Assembly: GCF_023055435.1 (NCBI RefSeq)
Contig: NW_025964361.1
Location: 30,938,001-31,002,000, forward strand
Source: Haliotis rufescens
Taxonomy: Eukaryota
Direction of reading: 5' to 3'
DNA length: 64,000 nt
A program made the position numbers and the translations under genes. The notes under the pieces were generated by a model, which was not told the origin of the DNA, searched no databases, and saw only the letters and a list, made by a program, of their open reading frames with translations. Shown in pieces: positions 50,591-64,000 of the stretch (position 1 is its first letter; the number at the start of each line of letters is the position of its first letter).

Positions 50591-51624
50591 AGCTGCAATA
50601 CTGAATCCTCATCAATCACGTCACACCGCCATGAAGGAGGAGGACACTGCACGTATCTGTGTCAGAAGATGACATTTTAAAGCTCCATCTTACTATTGTC
50701 TTCACGGGAATATGGCAAGACGTTGCATGACTTTGTGTCTTGTGATAATTCTTTATTGTAATAAGCATCGATGTGAGAGGCGTCATCAGTCTCACAGATT
50801 CCTAGATTCCAGTCCACATTACAAGAAGGAAGGGCGCTTTTTTATATAATCTATTTTTTATATTGGCATACGACATTGTAAAACAGTTTATCAGGAACAA
50901 ACCCATCTGTAACACCTGGTAGGCACATGGCAGATTGTCTCCCCTTTACTGTAGATGGTTAAAGCGTCTTTGTACAGGGATGTTCAAATAACGTTGTAAG
51001 ACATTCAGTGGTTGACCTTTATATGTTTTTTTAATAAATACTCAGAACATTTGCATAATAGCCACTTATATAAACCTGCACTTAGTATAACAAACTGCAC
51101 GTCCACCCATCAGGAGTATAGCTTAACCGGATAGTGACCCTTCAGTATTCATGAAAAAGGACGCCTAACCACTTCCACTTGATAATATTGATGGTTGATA
51201 AACAGAAATCATATTAAATACTGCACTGACATTCCCTTTTGGGGAAATAACAAAATTCTCATTTTGAAGATATGTCAAGAATTAACATTTTTGCTGTCAT
51301 TCCACGAATCTCTCCAACATGTGATAGAATATAGCAGTGAATTGACAGCAGATACACAACAGCTACACAATGCCTCCCTATATGCATCGCTTGTTAGACG
51401 CAGTTATCTCCCCTGGTTACTCACTTGTTACATAGTGTCACGGCTTCATAATGTCCCTGCTTTGTGCACCTACATGTAAATCCATAGCAATTGTGGAACT
51501 CCAACTTTAAAGTACTTGTACATATGTCATAATAAAGTGTGTCACGCATCGAACATATGTCTGTTTTACTGTATATGTACAATAGTGAATGACCGGACCA
51601 ACCCATGTATATATAATCCAATTA

Positions 51625-52008
51625 CCGTACTCGACGTAATAAGCGCCCCGCTCTAATAAGCGCCCACGGCGATATTTGCTGATATATTGGCTAGTGAACA
51701 ATCCCAATTAGCACCCCTTCCAATTGATCAATGTACACAAGACATATTGATTCGTGTATAATACCCACTCGTGTGTCATATACACCCTTAATTATGGGCA
51801 ATTAAATTTTGGAAAATATATCTGTCGTGTATGATACACACATACTTTTCTTTTGCATCATTACAGTCTGTCAGCATAAACCACGAAATTTACAATCTTT
51901 CAACTCTGTTTTTTTATGATATTTTATTTTTATTTTTATTTTATTCTTATAAGAGCCCCCTATTTCTAATTTTGAGAGCGCCCTGGGTGCTTATTACGTC
52001 AAACACGG
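51625..52008. mobile_element. pogo-like MITE, copy 2
   Basis: TA|CCGTACTCGACGTAATAAGCGCCC ... GGGTGCTTATTACGTCAAACACGG|TA. Confidence 0.9.
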
Positions 52009-52274
52009 TAGCAGTTATACAAGTATGTGAGGGAAGGGCGGAGTTGTGAACCAGCGATGTGAGAATCATTGAGGGTCCACACACATTGTTCCCATGTTTG
52101 GAATCGAGTCAGGGTGATACAAAAAAACATTGTAAATATTATGAACACCATCTTCGGATAAATCTTTTCCCAAATACCATGAAAGAAGGAAAAACAACCT
52201 GGTTGAGCATAATAAACATAAAATGACATGGTCCAAGAAGATTCCCCTATGTCTCAGCCTACATGCAACTGTGG

Positions 52275-52491
52275 GGCCTGACCTCATATCGCCTACACCC
52301 CATTTCGCCTACGCCCTTATCAACACAAATTTAGGGTTGACTGCACATCACATAAATGCTGTTATACCTTTAGAAAAGTGAACTCTTCCACTAATGAGGT
52401 ATACTTCATATATTTCAACAACTAAAGAAAAATAAACCCTTGCGCTGATGATTTACACTTTAATAAGGTCATATATTCCACATACATCAAT

Positions 52492-52525
<34 letters not shown>

Positions 52526-52898
52526 GACACATATGTTAATCAAGTACATGTGTGATACACTAATTCATCAGTCACATAACAATTACTGTAATTTCACCAA
52601 GTGTCTAACTAGAAACTGCATCACAGTTTTTCGTCCAGTTGCGAGGTGTAGCTTCAGTCTAATTTTATGTTTATACAATCAAAACATGTATGGTTGATCA
52701 AAGAAGAAGATAAGTAAGTCATGTTTATACAATCAAAACATGTATGGTTGATCAAAGATGCATGTATAGCCAGTTGGGTAAAACCCATTGTTATGATAGG
52801 GGTGGTACAACTGACCATTATAATTATTGTAGGCCATATGGGGTGTAGGCTATATGAGGTGTAGGCGATATGAGGTGTAGGCGATATGAGGGCAAGCC
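52275..52898. mobile_element. Non-autonomous DNA transposon with 8-bp TSD and terminal 16-bp tandem repeats
   Basis: TIRs GGCCTGACCTCATATCGCCTACAC / GTGTAGGCGATATGAGGGCAAGCC; TSD AACTGTGG; internal (ATC)n. Confidence 0.8.
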
Positions 52899-54960
52899 AA
52901 CTGTGGGTTACCCTCTTCCAATCTTTATGCTCACAATGCAACAATTAAAACTTGCATAGCTCTCTGAAGAGGGAGATTGGGCAATATTATTTTGAGAGTT
53001 TTGAGATTCATGATCCTCACACTTTTCTGTAATACGGTCTCCAATTATGGCAATATTTGTTGAATATTTAGAAACTCCAGCGAAAGTTTTGAAAAGCAAT
53101 GATTAATTCTTTTCAATATTATCTCTGCAGTAAAAACACCATGTATATTCATAAAACTCCAATGAAAATTTTGAAAAACAAAGATTTTTTTCAATATTAC
53201 CTCTGTATTTAAAGCAGCACATTTCAGGACCGTATGTCGAACAACTTTAGAATATATTTTTTACAAGTATTCTATCAAATATGTTTATAGTTATACAACA
53301 CAGCCATTATTGTCACCATAGCCCTTTTCGCTTGTGTTGAATGGCACACACCTCGCACAATATCAGGCGTAATGAAAATATAATACATCTTATTTTGATA
53401 ACCATTTTCCTAAGTGTAAGTAATTTTAGTATAAATATATTTTTGACATTGTCAGTGGCAGGAAATGACTGAAGTGCTGGCAACCAATTCAAGTGCAGCC
53501 GTGGTCATGCATCAACAGCAGAATCAGTGGCTGTCTGTTCCTATATAAGAGAGACTTGAGGGCGATTGGAGACCTTTTCGACCCGATTTTTGTTCTAATT
53601 TTCTTATCAAGTGCAGTTTGGATACCTCTTTGGAAACATCCAATTCCTACCTTTTTCCAACACACAAGGTTCTTTCAAGACATTCAACATTTGACAATAT
53701 CCTGTGACTATTCTTGCACTAACAATAATTCCAGGGCTTGTTGATATTTTCTACCACTTATGGGTGGTTGGGGGCAAAATAACAACGAAAACTGAAATGG
53801 CAAATGTTACATGTTTTATTGAAGACTTAAACAGAGACTTAAATGGAAGATTATTTTTGGGATCTATCATACTTTTCAGAAACATTCTATGAAATATGTT
53901 TATATCTTATAGTAAAACGTTTCACATATCATTATTTTAATACGATAACTCATCTTTCAAAGACAATATTTCATAAGTAATTAAAAAAAGGGAAAGAATG
54001 CACCTGACTGTAGCTATGTACATACATGTTTTTACTGGTGTGACAAGTGACAACTATCCGTCGATCAGTTTGCCTAACCTAATTGACAAATCAGATGTTC
54101 ATGAATATACTTAAATCACAAGGATACTTTATGGGAGAAAACACATAGTTTAGACAAACATGCAGTGATGATTTATCAACACCATTTCAGCCACCAGTTA
54201 AAGGACATCAAGAAGGATTCAGTGGGCAAAGTGTCATGGACTAATGACGTATGAAATAGAATTAATTCTGGTCCTTGTGATGAATGAATTCCTTAGCCAC
54301 TAATTCTAATTCACTAGTTATAGTTAAAGTTCACTGGTACCACACCATTGTTTCATAATCGAGAGACAAAATATATTGTCAACATGAAATATGATCTACT
54401 AGTATATAACATATCACCTCATATGTTTATTATCACATAAAACCAGTATCGACTAGTCGGCAAATACATAATATACCCTGAACGGGAAGGTAATACTAGA
54501 ATATGCTCTTATCTCGTGAGTGCATTAATCTTTTAGGCTGTACGATAAAAAGCGGAGAAATTTCCTGTTTTTCAACGCAGAATAAATTCTCGGACAACAC
54601 TTAGAAGTGTCTTTTTTAACACCGGTTTAATATTTGCAGTTAAATTTACACCACCAGATAGGAAATTTAATATTCTCCATCTCTGCGTAATTTTATAGCC
54701 AGAGGTAGACCCAGTGCCGCGTGCAATTCTCGCATAACTTTCACTCTTTCGATCTCAGGAAAATGTGCGTCAGAAAAAAAACAGGCATCCAGAGGGTTAA
54801 ATAAGTATGTAACCAACAGTCTTTTGTGTAAGGAAATGTAGAATTATATGAATAAAATTGCCATTGATACGTTGATGGAACGTAACATCTCTCTGACAGT
54901 GATATTGTGTTCAACCAACGATTACCAGAGATATCTCAATATCATATCAGAGTCAGGTAT

Positions 54961-57900
54961 TTACAATCTTGGCTTCTGTCTGGCTTTGAACATTGGAGAA
55001 AGAAAGTTTATTATGTCTGTTCCAAGAACAATTAGCACAGGTATGATCATCAACACAATTCCAAACCAGCCAATTTGGTGTGCTGACGGTCTCGCATCTG
55101 TAGCACATGTTCTTTTAATGATTGCCTTAGTTAACGTTTTTGTGTTGACTATCAGGTTCGACCGAATCTTTTCTTTCATTTTTATTTGGACGTTTTCTTC
55201 TAGGGTGTCGACTCTGTGTTTGTTCTTGCAAAAACATGTGCACTTTTCGCTCACAGTGCGGAGTGGCCGTTCAGTTCGGTGAAGTAGCTCGCTGATTATC
55301 GTCTTGTTGGATTCTCTGGTTGTTGATATGGGTTCTAGTGTTGTAGGAAACGTTGCAGATGTTGTTGTGCTGATGGACGACGTTCCTGTTGACTGCGTAA
55401 TTCTTGATATAGGTATCATAATCACGGACGTTTCGATCAATGTTGATGGTGCAGAAGACATTGGTATCACTGGTGACATCGACAATGATGTTTTTTTGGA
55501 CTGGATAATTGATCTGGTTAAATCTGCTGTCAGAGATATGGTTGTCAACTTTGAAGAAATATGAACCGATGACGAAGCTCCATTTGCTATATCAAATGAT
55601 GATGACAAAGATGATGGCGGTGTTTTGTAAGAACGAATCCAATAAGTGGCTTCTCCTGTCCATGATCTTCTTTTGGCATCTGTAGAAGCTTCTGACGTTG
55701 TTGGTATGATGTCACTGGTTCTTCTCTCATTTCATCGTTCATTTGTGGAGGTCTGCAACGTGTCTACAGTTGACACAGTCCCATCAGGCAGTCCGAGATA
55801 TTCTGCTGAGGATGATGATATCTTGGAAGTGGTGTCACCTGCTGCTATAATTTACATCCTCAATTATAATTTCATGTATAACTCATTTATTTTTATTCCA
55901 AAACAAGCATAGGAAATTAGTTTGTTAATAAATACGTACTGGTATTCAAATTGATATGAAAGCACACACACATTAAAATCATTAAAGACAAATAACGTAT
56001 ATTCTGATATAAATATACCAATTCCGGCTCGAAAACCCCAGTGATACTGGCCCACTAGTCTTCATCAGTACTGGCCTTATACAGCTTTTGACACAGACTT
56101 GGAATGGGACCAGAACAGGTCCAATGTTGGTCCTATTTAGGGTTACTACAGTTTAGTCGTCATTCTTTTATCCAAAAATGAATTATCTGTTTTCTCTACT
56201 GACCCTTTAGGATTTAAAACAACCATGGAGGTTATTTTTTGGGAAAAGCATGTGAACCCTGTTCATAGAAAAAATGCTGAATGGCCGCTGTGGCAGACAT
56301 ATTTCAAAAATAATAGTTTTGTTCAGTCATTTTGTTGAAATCGTAATGGAACGTGGAACATGTGAAGTTAGGTGTTGGCCTCAACGCGATATTTCAAATT
56401 TGGACCTCTATTTGATCATTGTACTTTGAGCATGCAAGTAAATTCTCTTATAATGCAATATCTTACAATATATGCCACAAACATCATCTCTCCAGAATTC
56501 GTATGACCAAAAGAAGCTGAAACTTAATTTATTTGTTCCCACCCAAATTTGTGAAAGAGGTTCGAATTCATAGCAGCACTCATTATGAAACAAAGCCAAT
56601 AACTCAGTCACTTCTGTTCCAAAATGAAATGTATGGACTAAGAAATTAAAGCTGACACTTTACATATTCTTTCCAAAACAAAGGTATATTGACAAACTTA
56701 TTCGTGTCTGCTGCTCAGGTATTTCATCTGAAAATGTAATGTAAACGCTCTTAAAGGACAATTTTGGCTCTGTAAATATCTTCTTTGAAATTGTCAGACC
56801 GAGGAAGCTGAACTTTTGCATTAATGTGTCCCATTATGCTGTTCATATTTTGTTTCTAATCATTAATATTTTCAACTAAAAATAATGCTATTATTGCAAC
56901 AATGTTGTACAAACGATGATCCAAAAACATTTGATTTGATTACGTGTGTACAGGTTAATATTTTGTGTATACAGTATTTATGGAGAACATATTTGAATAG
57001 AAATGCTGACAACTTTTGCCAAGTAACAGTGTCTGTTGACATTTTAATATATTTTGGAAAGGTGGTATTTCTCCAGCGGTCTTCGTGTCTTTCTAACAGT
57101 CAGCATGCAGATAGTCTGAAAAAATCGCCAAAAATACAAAAAGACGTTATATCCTTTTTCTACTGACCCAATGCTGGCCACGTATAATAGCCATAACAGG
57201 ACCAATAATAACACAATTGCAGAGAGAATGGATCAAAGCACTATGGTTATAGAGTGGTGGTTAACCTGTACTGGGCCAGTATCAGTGAATGGTTATGGTT
57301 TTACGCAGCTTTCAGTAATATTCCAGCAACACCACGGTGGATGACACCAGAAATGGGCTTCACACATCGAACCCATGTGGGGAATCGAACCCGGACCTTG
57401 AGCGTAACGACTGAACGCTTTAACCACAAGGCTGCACCACCCCCTTGTATCAGCTTTATTGGGCAGGTATTTTTTCATGACCTGATTTCATCATGGTGTT
57501 ATTGGGTCTTTCTATCGCAAGTATCAGTACAATTATGTTAACAGGGAGTTTAATCCTTATGTTGGTAACATTCTGTATATCAAATACTTACATTTGCTTA
57601 TCAGATTTCCCGAGTAGGCCAGCCCGTATCGTTTTCCAAGAGCAAAGTAAAAGAGTCCAAAGTCTGATGAATGTTTGAGATTAATTACTTTTATATCTGA
57701 TGCGGATATCCTGACAGTTACAACTGAAATACTGCACTAGAAACACGATGTATTCTGTGTTGTTATAATGGTGCCGAGTTCAGTGATGTCATTCCAATCT
57801 GGAAAGAAGCCTCCTTTGAATACAATAGACATGTATCGTTTGTACTTCTTACGTTTCCCGGTTGGCAGTGGTATATCAGGAATTAAATAAGAACTGCTGT

Positions 57901-58815
57901 AATGGTTTGTTGACGGGATAACTGCCATAAAAGGATCGCCATGGTCATGATGTCGCCATGGCTTAGATGAACCACTCCTATAAAATACCACAACAAGCAC
58001 AGGCGTGTCTGAATGTAGACATGCTGCTCCCATACCTGTAGTATCTATATCCAAAAAGTCACTTTGATTAAGAAGCTCCCTTTTGGTACTCCATTGCACG
58101 GTTGTATTATCAGACGCAGCCAGGACCCGATACAGTGCTGGTGCCTTTCCCATGTCATGGATGACATACTCAGTTCCATACATACCGACAGGCATCATCA
58201 TCGCCACAACGTCATCTTGGCTGTCTGCATTTGAAGGGACATTGGCGCCCCTGCGTCCACTTACCACGGCAACAGGAGCACTACTTTCTATCATCGTCCC
58301 TGTTATGTCACCTTCACAATACAGTTCATATGTCTCAAAACTGTTTAATTGTGTAACGAGTGTATCACTGTTGGGACAGCTTCGTGATAGTTTCAGCGTT
58401 ATTTTTAATTGTGTGACATGTTTGTGAGTAGTTAATGACATTACTGACTTTCCTTTTATGAATTTTCCCCGTCCATATGTAACAATGTAATATTTGTTGG
58501 ACAGATAAGTGACAGGAAGTATAGGCATTGTCTCAGCATTTGGACTTGTAAGCCTTGAAACGGATACAACCAGGAATACGTCTTTATCGGCATGTACCCG
58601 TACTGTTGTGCTAAAAGGTATGGTAAACACTACACATTTTGTGTTCCCGATTGTTTGGGATTCGTAATTGTTGTCCCTATGTGTAAAGAGTGACACGTTA
58701 GTCCCTGTCTGCCCAGACACATAGACATAGGACTTCAGTTTGTTATGATTATATTTAAATCCAGGATAGGAGAATAGAAACTCCCTCCCCTTGAGGTTGC
58801 CACAAGTTAGAAATT
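54961..58815 (-). pseudogene. IgGFc-binding (FCGBP N-terminal) domain + Ser/Thr stalk + TM membrane protein, with two premature stops
   Basis: Exon 58815-57592 (LKGREFLF..., EGDITGTMIESSAPVAVVSG, GDPFMAVIPS), TAG at 57739-57737. Exon 55844-54961 (S/T-rich, CTCFC...DARPSA..IG, TM), TGA at 55734-55732. Phases are compatible; the 5' exons were not located. Confidence 0.8.
57285..57444 (-). mobile_element. SINE family A, diverged
   Basis: Matches the family A consensus; TSD GTATCAG. Confidence 0.8.
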
Positions 58816-60208
58816 CTGAAATGATACACGTTCAGGAGTCAAAAGTAAAATAAAAATTGGTTGATGCAAATAACCACACGTATATTAGTTTATTTACTGA
58901 TAGTCTCTCACTCACTTTCCTGCGTCTGTATTTACTGAAACCACTGCTCGGTTATATTGTATATTTGTATATAGTGATGTATATGTTGATCAATGCTGTA
59001 CCTCTTATGCCGCTGATAGCGGCCTGAGTGTCATAAAGTTCAGTTCGGTTCAGGTAAAGCTTTGGTATAGCTATGTGTATATGTTTATTCGTATGTGTGG
59101 CCAAAAGACATAGTACATTATGTTCAAATTAAGGAGTAAATGTTACAATGCGGGTATCTTATTATATGCGGTACAAGTAACAAACACATAATAACAGTTC
59201 ACAAACAAACTGTTCTCTTGCAAACTATATGACACAATTATATATGATAGCTTCAATAGGAGATTCTCATCATCAGCCACATCTAAATGTTTGTGGTACG
59301 AGAATATTACCTCTACGGCAATCTTCTCAGTTCTTGATATTTTCCCACTGTTGTTTAACCCTTTCCCTGTTGGGAGCAATATTCTCCTAGGACATTAAGT
59401 TTCTTCTGCAATAATAATTGCAGGATTGCACTTATTCACTTGAGATGATTGCAATCGATTTGATAAAGGGATCACCTTTAAGAAACACGTCTGTATTAAG
59501 ATGTTTCAGTTAACAAAGCATATTTAATGTTTTTCATGTGATGTTTTGATTGATAAAGCGATATAATACTTTCAGCGAATAAACATAATCTGGCAGTTTG
59601 GTTCCTAAACAAATCAGAACTTCAATGCTTTAGTAGTAGCCAAACACGATTCTCGTCTATTATGTTAAGTAGTCATAAAAATCAATATCTATGCAAGAGT
59701 ATGACACACGTGTGACGGAACCCTCGCTTGGCATTCTGTAATACATCTTCATTCATTCCTTCACTGTATTTGCTGAAACAGCGGGGACTTCGCAAAACTA
59801 AACGTTATATTTGAAAATATTACCATGAAGCTAATATTGTGGGTGAGTATAACATTATTTGTTTTCACTTTTATCATGTGTGTTCTGTTTCTGATATAAG
59901 TATGTTCTAAACATATGTGGATGCAGTGTTGTGTCCCTTGTCGTTGACGAATACGCGTCAATAACACCTTTTGGTTCTTAGTCACACTCTAATTATAAAA
60001 AACACGTATTCATGCATAACATATGTAATATCGATTGAAACAAGGTGAGATAGATTTTTATTATTTCTGCGATTACGACAGTGGACACAGTTGAAGCACA
60101 ATTAGATGAAAGGTAACTCCAAACTATGCCGCACATATAAATAACGTCAGGCAACCATATAAGGTTAACGGACAATCTTAGCCACATTGGCGATTGTGCA
60201 TCGACCAG

Positions 60209-60380
60209 NNNNNNNNNNNNNNNNNNNNNNNNNNNNNNNNNNNNNNNNNNNNNNNNNNNNNNNNNNNNNNNNNNNNNNNNNNNNNNNNNNNNNNNNNNNN
60301 NNNNNNNNNNNNNNNNNNNNNNNNNNNNNNNNNNNNNNNNNNNNNNNNNNNNNNNNNNNNNNNNNNNNNNNNNNNNNNNN
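60209..60380. other. Assembly gap
   Basis: N run adjacent to a tandem repeat. Confidence 0.99.
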
Positions 60381-60713
60381 TTCATAACTCATATATCAGT
60401 CATGTAATTCACATATCATCAATGTGCCTCCAACATATGACTTATATATTAGTCATGTGATTCACATATCATCATCATGGACCCCATATATGGCACATAT
60501 ATGTTATGTGGCTCACACATTATCAATGTGCCCCCTACATCAGTCATGTGGCCCATATATCAGTCATGTAGACTCGCATATCAATAATGTGCAACCAACA
60601 TTCGACTCATATATCATTCATGTCCCCCAAGCATCAGTTAAAATACTCATATATCGTAAATGTTCCCCCAACATACGACTCATATATCAGTCATGTGACT
60701 CACATTTCATTCA
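60381..60713. repeat. Loose tandem repeat of about 50 bp (CATATATCAGTCATGTGACTCACATATCATCAATGTGCCCC)
   Basis: Direct reading; resumes at 61881 after the LINE insertion. Confidence 0.75.
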
Positions 60714-61880
60714 GATTCCGACGTAAGCAAAGGGGCTTGCAATTGTATGTGCTGTTAGTTAGACTGCGTGCCTATGATGTTTGTTGATAGTCTGTTTCCA
60801 TTGGTCGTGCATACTTTCATGTTCTTCACACTGTCGTACACAAACACATTTCCACTTCCAAAGCACTTCTATCAATATATAATTATCAAAAACAAATTGG
60901 ATACAGTAATCACCATGATCTTTTAAATATTTTTGATGCTATGATTTCACCAATCCTATGTTATGGATCAGAGATCTGGGGAACCAGCTACTGTAACATT
61001 ATTAAAAGTGTCCATAACCGATTCTGCAAATTCTTTTGGAAAGTAAATAAGTTCACCAACAATAACATGGTTCTAGGAGACTGTGGTAGGATCCCCCTAC
61101 AGTATAACTACATGTCAAGAGCAGTCAAGTACTGGTGCAGACTAATTCAGATGAAACAACACAGGCTACCAATCCAAGCTTATTATATACTAAAATATCT
61201 TGATGATAATGGTAAAATTACATGGGCATCACATATTAGAATGATTTTATTTCAGTTTGGATTTGGTTTTGTTTGGCTAAGCAAAGACATTGGTAATATT
61301 CAACATTTCATGACAGATTTTAAACGAAGAATTTACGACTGCCTCACTCAATATTGGCACTTTTCCCTGACATCATCAACGAAATGCAATTACTACGCAC
61401 AGTTCAAGTCATAACTAAATGTGGAATCATATATTACTTGTGATATGTCTTCTTACCAACGTAGACTTATAGCCATGTTCCGATGTAATAATTTCAGACT
61501 TGCTGTTGAACTGGGGCGTCACAACAACATCCCATATAATGAACGTGTCTGCACTTTCTGTTTTTCAAAGGGACATAACCATGTAGAAGATGAATTCCAT
61601 GTTCTTATGATTTGTGACAAGTATTCTAGAGCAAGAAGAAACTCTTTTCCCAAGCGTCTCGTTACCCCTCCCTCTATTGAGAATTTTATAAGACTTATGT
61701 CAGCTGAAAACGAACAAATTTTAAAAGGCTTAGGTAAATTTCTCTCCCAAGTCATGAACATCGAAAGTGTGGAACGGTAAATCATTATTAAATCTACTCA
61801 GGATGCAGATATATATTCAGTATATTTCCATTGTATTATGGGGCGGTGGCCTGAAGTACCGAATAAATTTGTCTGTCTGT
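60714..61880 (+). mobile_element. RTE-X-like LINE derivative with TSD
   Basis: PILCYGSEIWG, FRCNNFRLAVELGRH...CTFC...EDEFHVLMIC; AATAAA + (GTCT)n tail; 11-bp TSD CATTTCATTCA. Confidence 0.88.
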
Positions 61881-62695
61881 CATTTCATTCACGTGTCCCC
61901 TACATCAGTCATGCGATTCGTACCAGGTATTGTACACTAAACAATAATTCGTAAAAACATTCATTCATAAGTAGTGAATGGCGTTTGAAACATTAAATTC
62001 CAAACAAAACTTGGCCAAAAGCATATTTTTCTCATATGAGCTCATTTGTGTTAAAACAAATCAAGACAATTTGCAAATTAATATTAATAGTAACTCACTG
62101 AAATATTTCGTACATTACAATATGTTTATACATGTGTGACTGTGAAAGATTACGATAATATCTATGTCATGTGTCATTATTGACACGCAACCAGTGCACA
62201 ATGCTGTTGCTCAGTCTTGATACATAACACAATTAAAGGTGATGCAGTTATCTGTATTCTAGGACACGTTAGACAAGACTACAGAAGCTTCACAAGTTAA
62301 ATTTTATTTTTACTTGTCTATCTTTACTGCAAATTTCTAAACGTTAAGGTTGAGTAGGAAATCGGCACTGTAACTATCCTTAATTGTAGAGTTATGAAGA
62401 AGTGTAAAATAGTAATCCTTCCGTCTGATCAATTTCAAATATAAAAATATCAACAAAAAATAAACATAATAATAAATTATAAGAGAATTTTGAATATATG
62501 ATGTTTTGAACTTTGTTTTATGTCTTTGATGAAAAGAAATATTTGAATAGTTTACGCAAACAAGGGACTCATCTGTTAAGCATCAAATTAAAAGAAATCA
62601 CAAACCAAATCTAAGAAATAAAATCATAATTGAAATCATTTATTAATTTCATTGAAATGTGGTTGAACTGTCAAATACTATAACATTGTATAATA

Positions 62696-63235
62696 GAGAT
62701 TGTTTGGTGTTTTCCTAGTGAGACACGGGAGTTCACAATGTAACGAGATTGTCTGGTGTTTTCCTAGTGAGACACGGAAGTTCACAGTGTTACGAGATTG
62801 CCTGGTGTTTTCCAAGTGAGACACGGAAGTTCACAATGTAACGAGATTGCCTGGTGTTTTCCAAGTGAGACACGGGAGTTCACAATGTAACGAGATTGTC
62901 TGGTGTTTTCCTAGTGAGACACGGAAGTTCACAGTGTTACGAGATTGCCTGGTGTTTTCCTAGTGAGACACGGAAGTTCACAATGTAACGAGATTGTCTG
63001 GTGTTTTCCCAGTGAGACACGGAAGTTCACAGTGTTACGAGATTGCCTGGTGTTTTCCAAGTGAGACACGGAAGTTCACAATGTAACGAGATTGTTTGGT
63101 GGTTCCCTAGTGAGACACGAAAGTTCACAATGTAACGAGATTGTTTGGTTTTTTTCCCTGTATGACACGGAAGTTCACAATGTACCGTGAATTGTCTGGT
63201 GTTTTCCCAGTGAGACATGGGAGTTCACCACGAAA
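62696..63235. repeat. 49-bp minisatellite, about 11 copies
   Basis: GAGATTGTCTGGTGTTTTCCTAGTGAGACACGGAAGTTCACAATGTAAC. Confidence 0.95.
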
Positions 63236-64000
63236 CGATATATCTGGAATTATCCGTAAATTGACCTTTAATCACTTTTGAAAGGACTGGGACAGGATAC
63301 GCTCATCTGTTCGCGAAAACCTTGTGTCACAAACACACGCTCGTGATAAAGTTGGATTCATACAATAGACTCTGCGTCAACCAGAGACTTCGTATGATTA
63401 TAAATGGTATGGGTGTTTTGAGCCGGATGGGAGCTACATTGAATGAGCATAGGAAAATTGAAACAATGTGATGACATCTGGAGTGAGGTGCGGTCTTTTT
63501 ATTCATGTGTTGAATTGGCGCTGAGAACGGACGTATTATATATTCAGCTGACGTTTACGACAGCTTTGTTGCCAGCTCAAAGCAGTTGGGCGCAACATGG
63601 CATGAATATTTTAAGGAACTATTAGTAAGGTTCAGGTCCAACTTCTATGATCATGTCTCCACTCTACCAAGCCGTGAGAGTGCCATACTGAACGCAAGCA
63701 TTGAAATGAACGTTAGCATATATAATGCGTACTTTGAACACTCAGGGCGTGACTTTCAGGAGTTAACAATAGGTGCTAAACATATCCGATGGTTTCAATA
63801 CCGCCATTCTAAATGTTACGACCTTATTTGAGGATAACAGTGTTGACTGGGTAGAAGAGCAAGCGTCACCAGCATTCCGGACACGATCACAGATTGGGAA
63901 GGCACCAGAGCGGCATCCAGCCCCAGCGGCAAGGTACATGTTTGTCCTCATTAACGATGATTATTGTTAACACAATATACAACTGAAAATGTAACTTGGC

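Noticed and set aside
62696-63235. RSS-like CACAGTG heptamers in the 49-bp repeat
   Set aside because: No ACAAAAACC nonamer at 12- or 23-nt spacing.
63370-63932. Coding-like plus-strand segment ending at AAG|GTAC
   Set aside because: Several stops and frameshifts, and no family could be assigned with confidence.

Overview
Repeat-rich eukaryotic genomic DNA, most likely a gastropod such as abalone (Haliotis), judged from perlucin-like lectins and mollusc-type SINEs; this assignment is inferred, not verified. Genes: a C2H2 zinc-finger gene running off the left edge (minus strand); a three-exon small type-I membrane gene with one in-frame TGA (10697-15045); four intronless, mosaic C-type lectin genes (19.6-35.2 kb, minus); a probable 62-aa single-pass micropeptide gene (48742-50590); and an IgGFc-binding-domain/mucin-stalk/TM gene with two nonsense codons (54961-58815, minus). 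Repeats: four SINE families, two decayed Tc1 elements, RTE-X-like LINE pieces, several MITEs (one AcademH-like), a DIRS-like relic, several tandem arrays and two assembly gaps. The most novel-looking signal is SINE family B. It has no tRNA head, its full-length copies all start at the same point, and that 5' end can fold into a three-way junction with a pseudoknot, making it a candidate self-cleaving or 5'-processing RNA. All folds, alignments and family assignments were made by eye.
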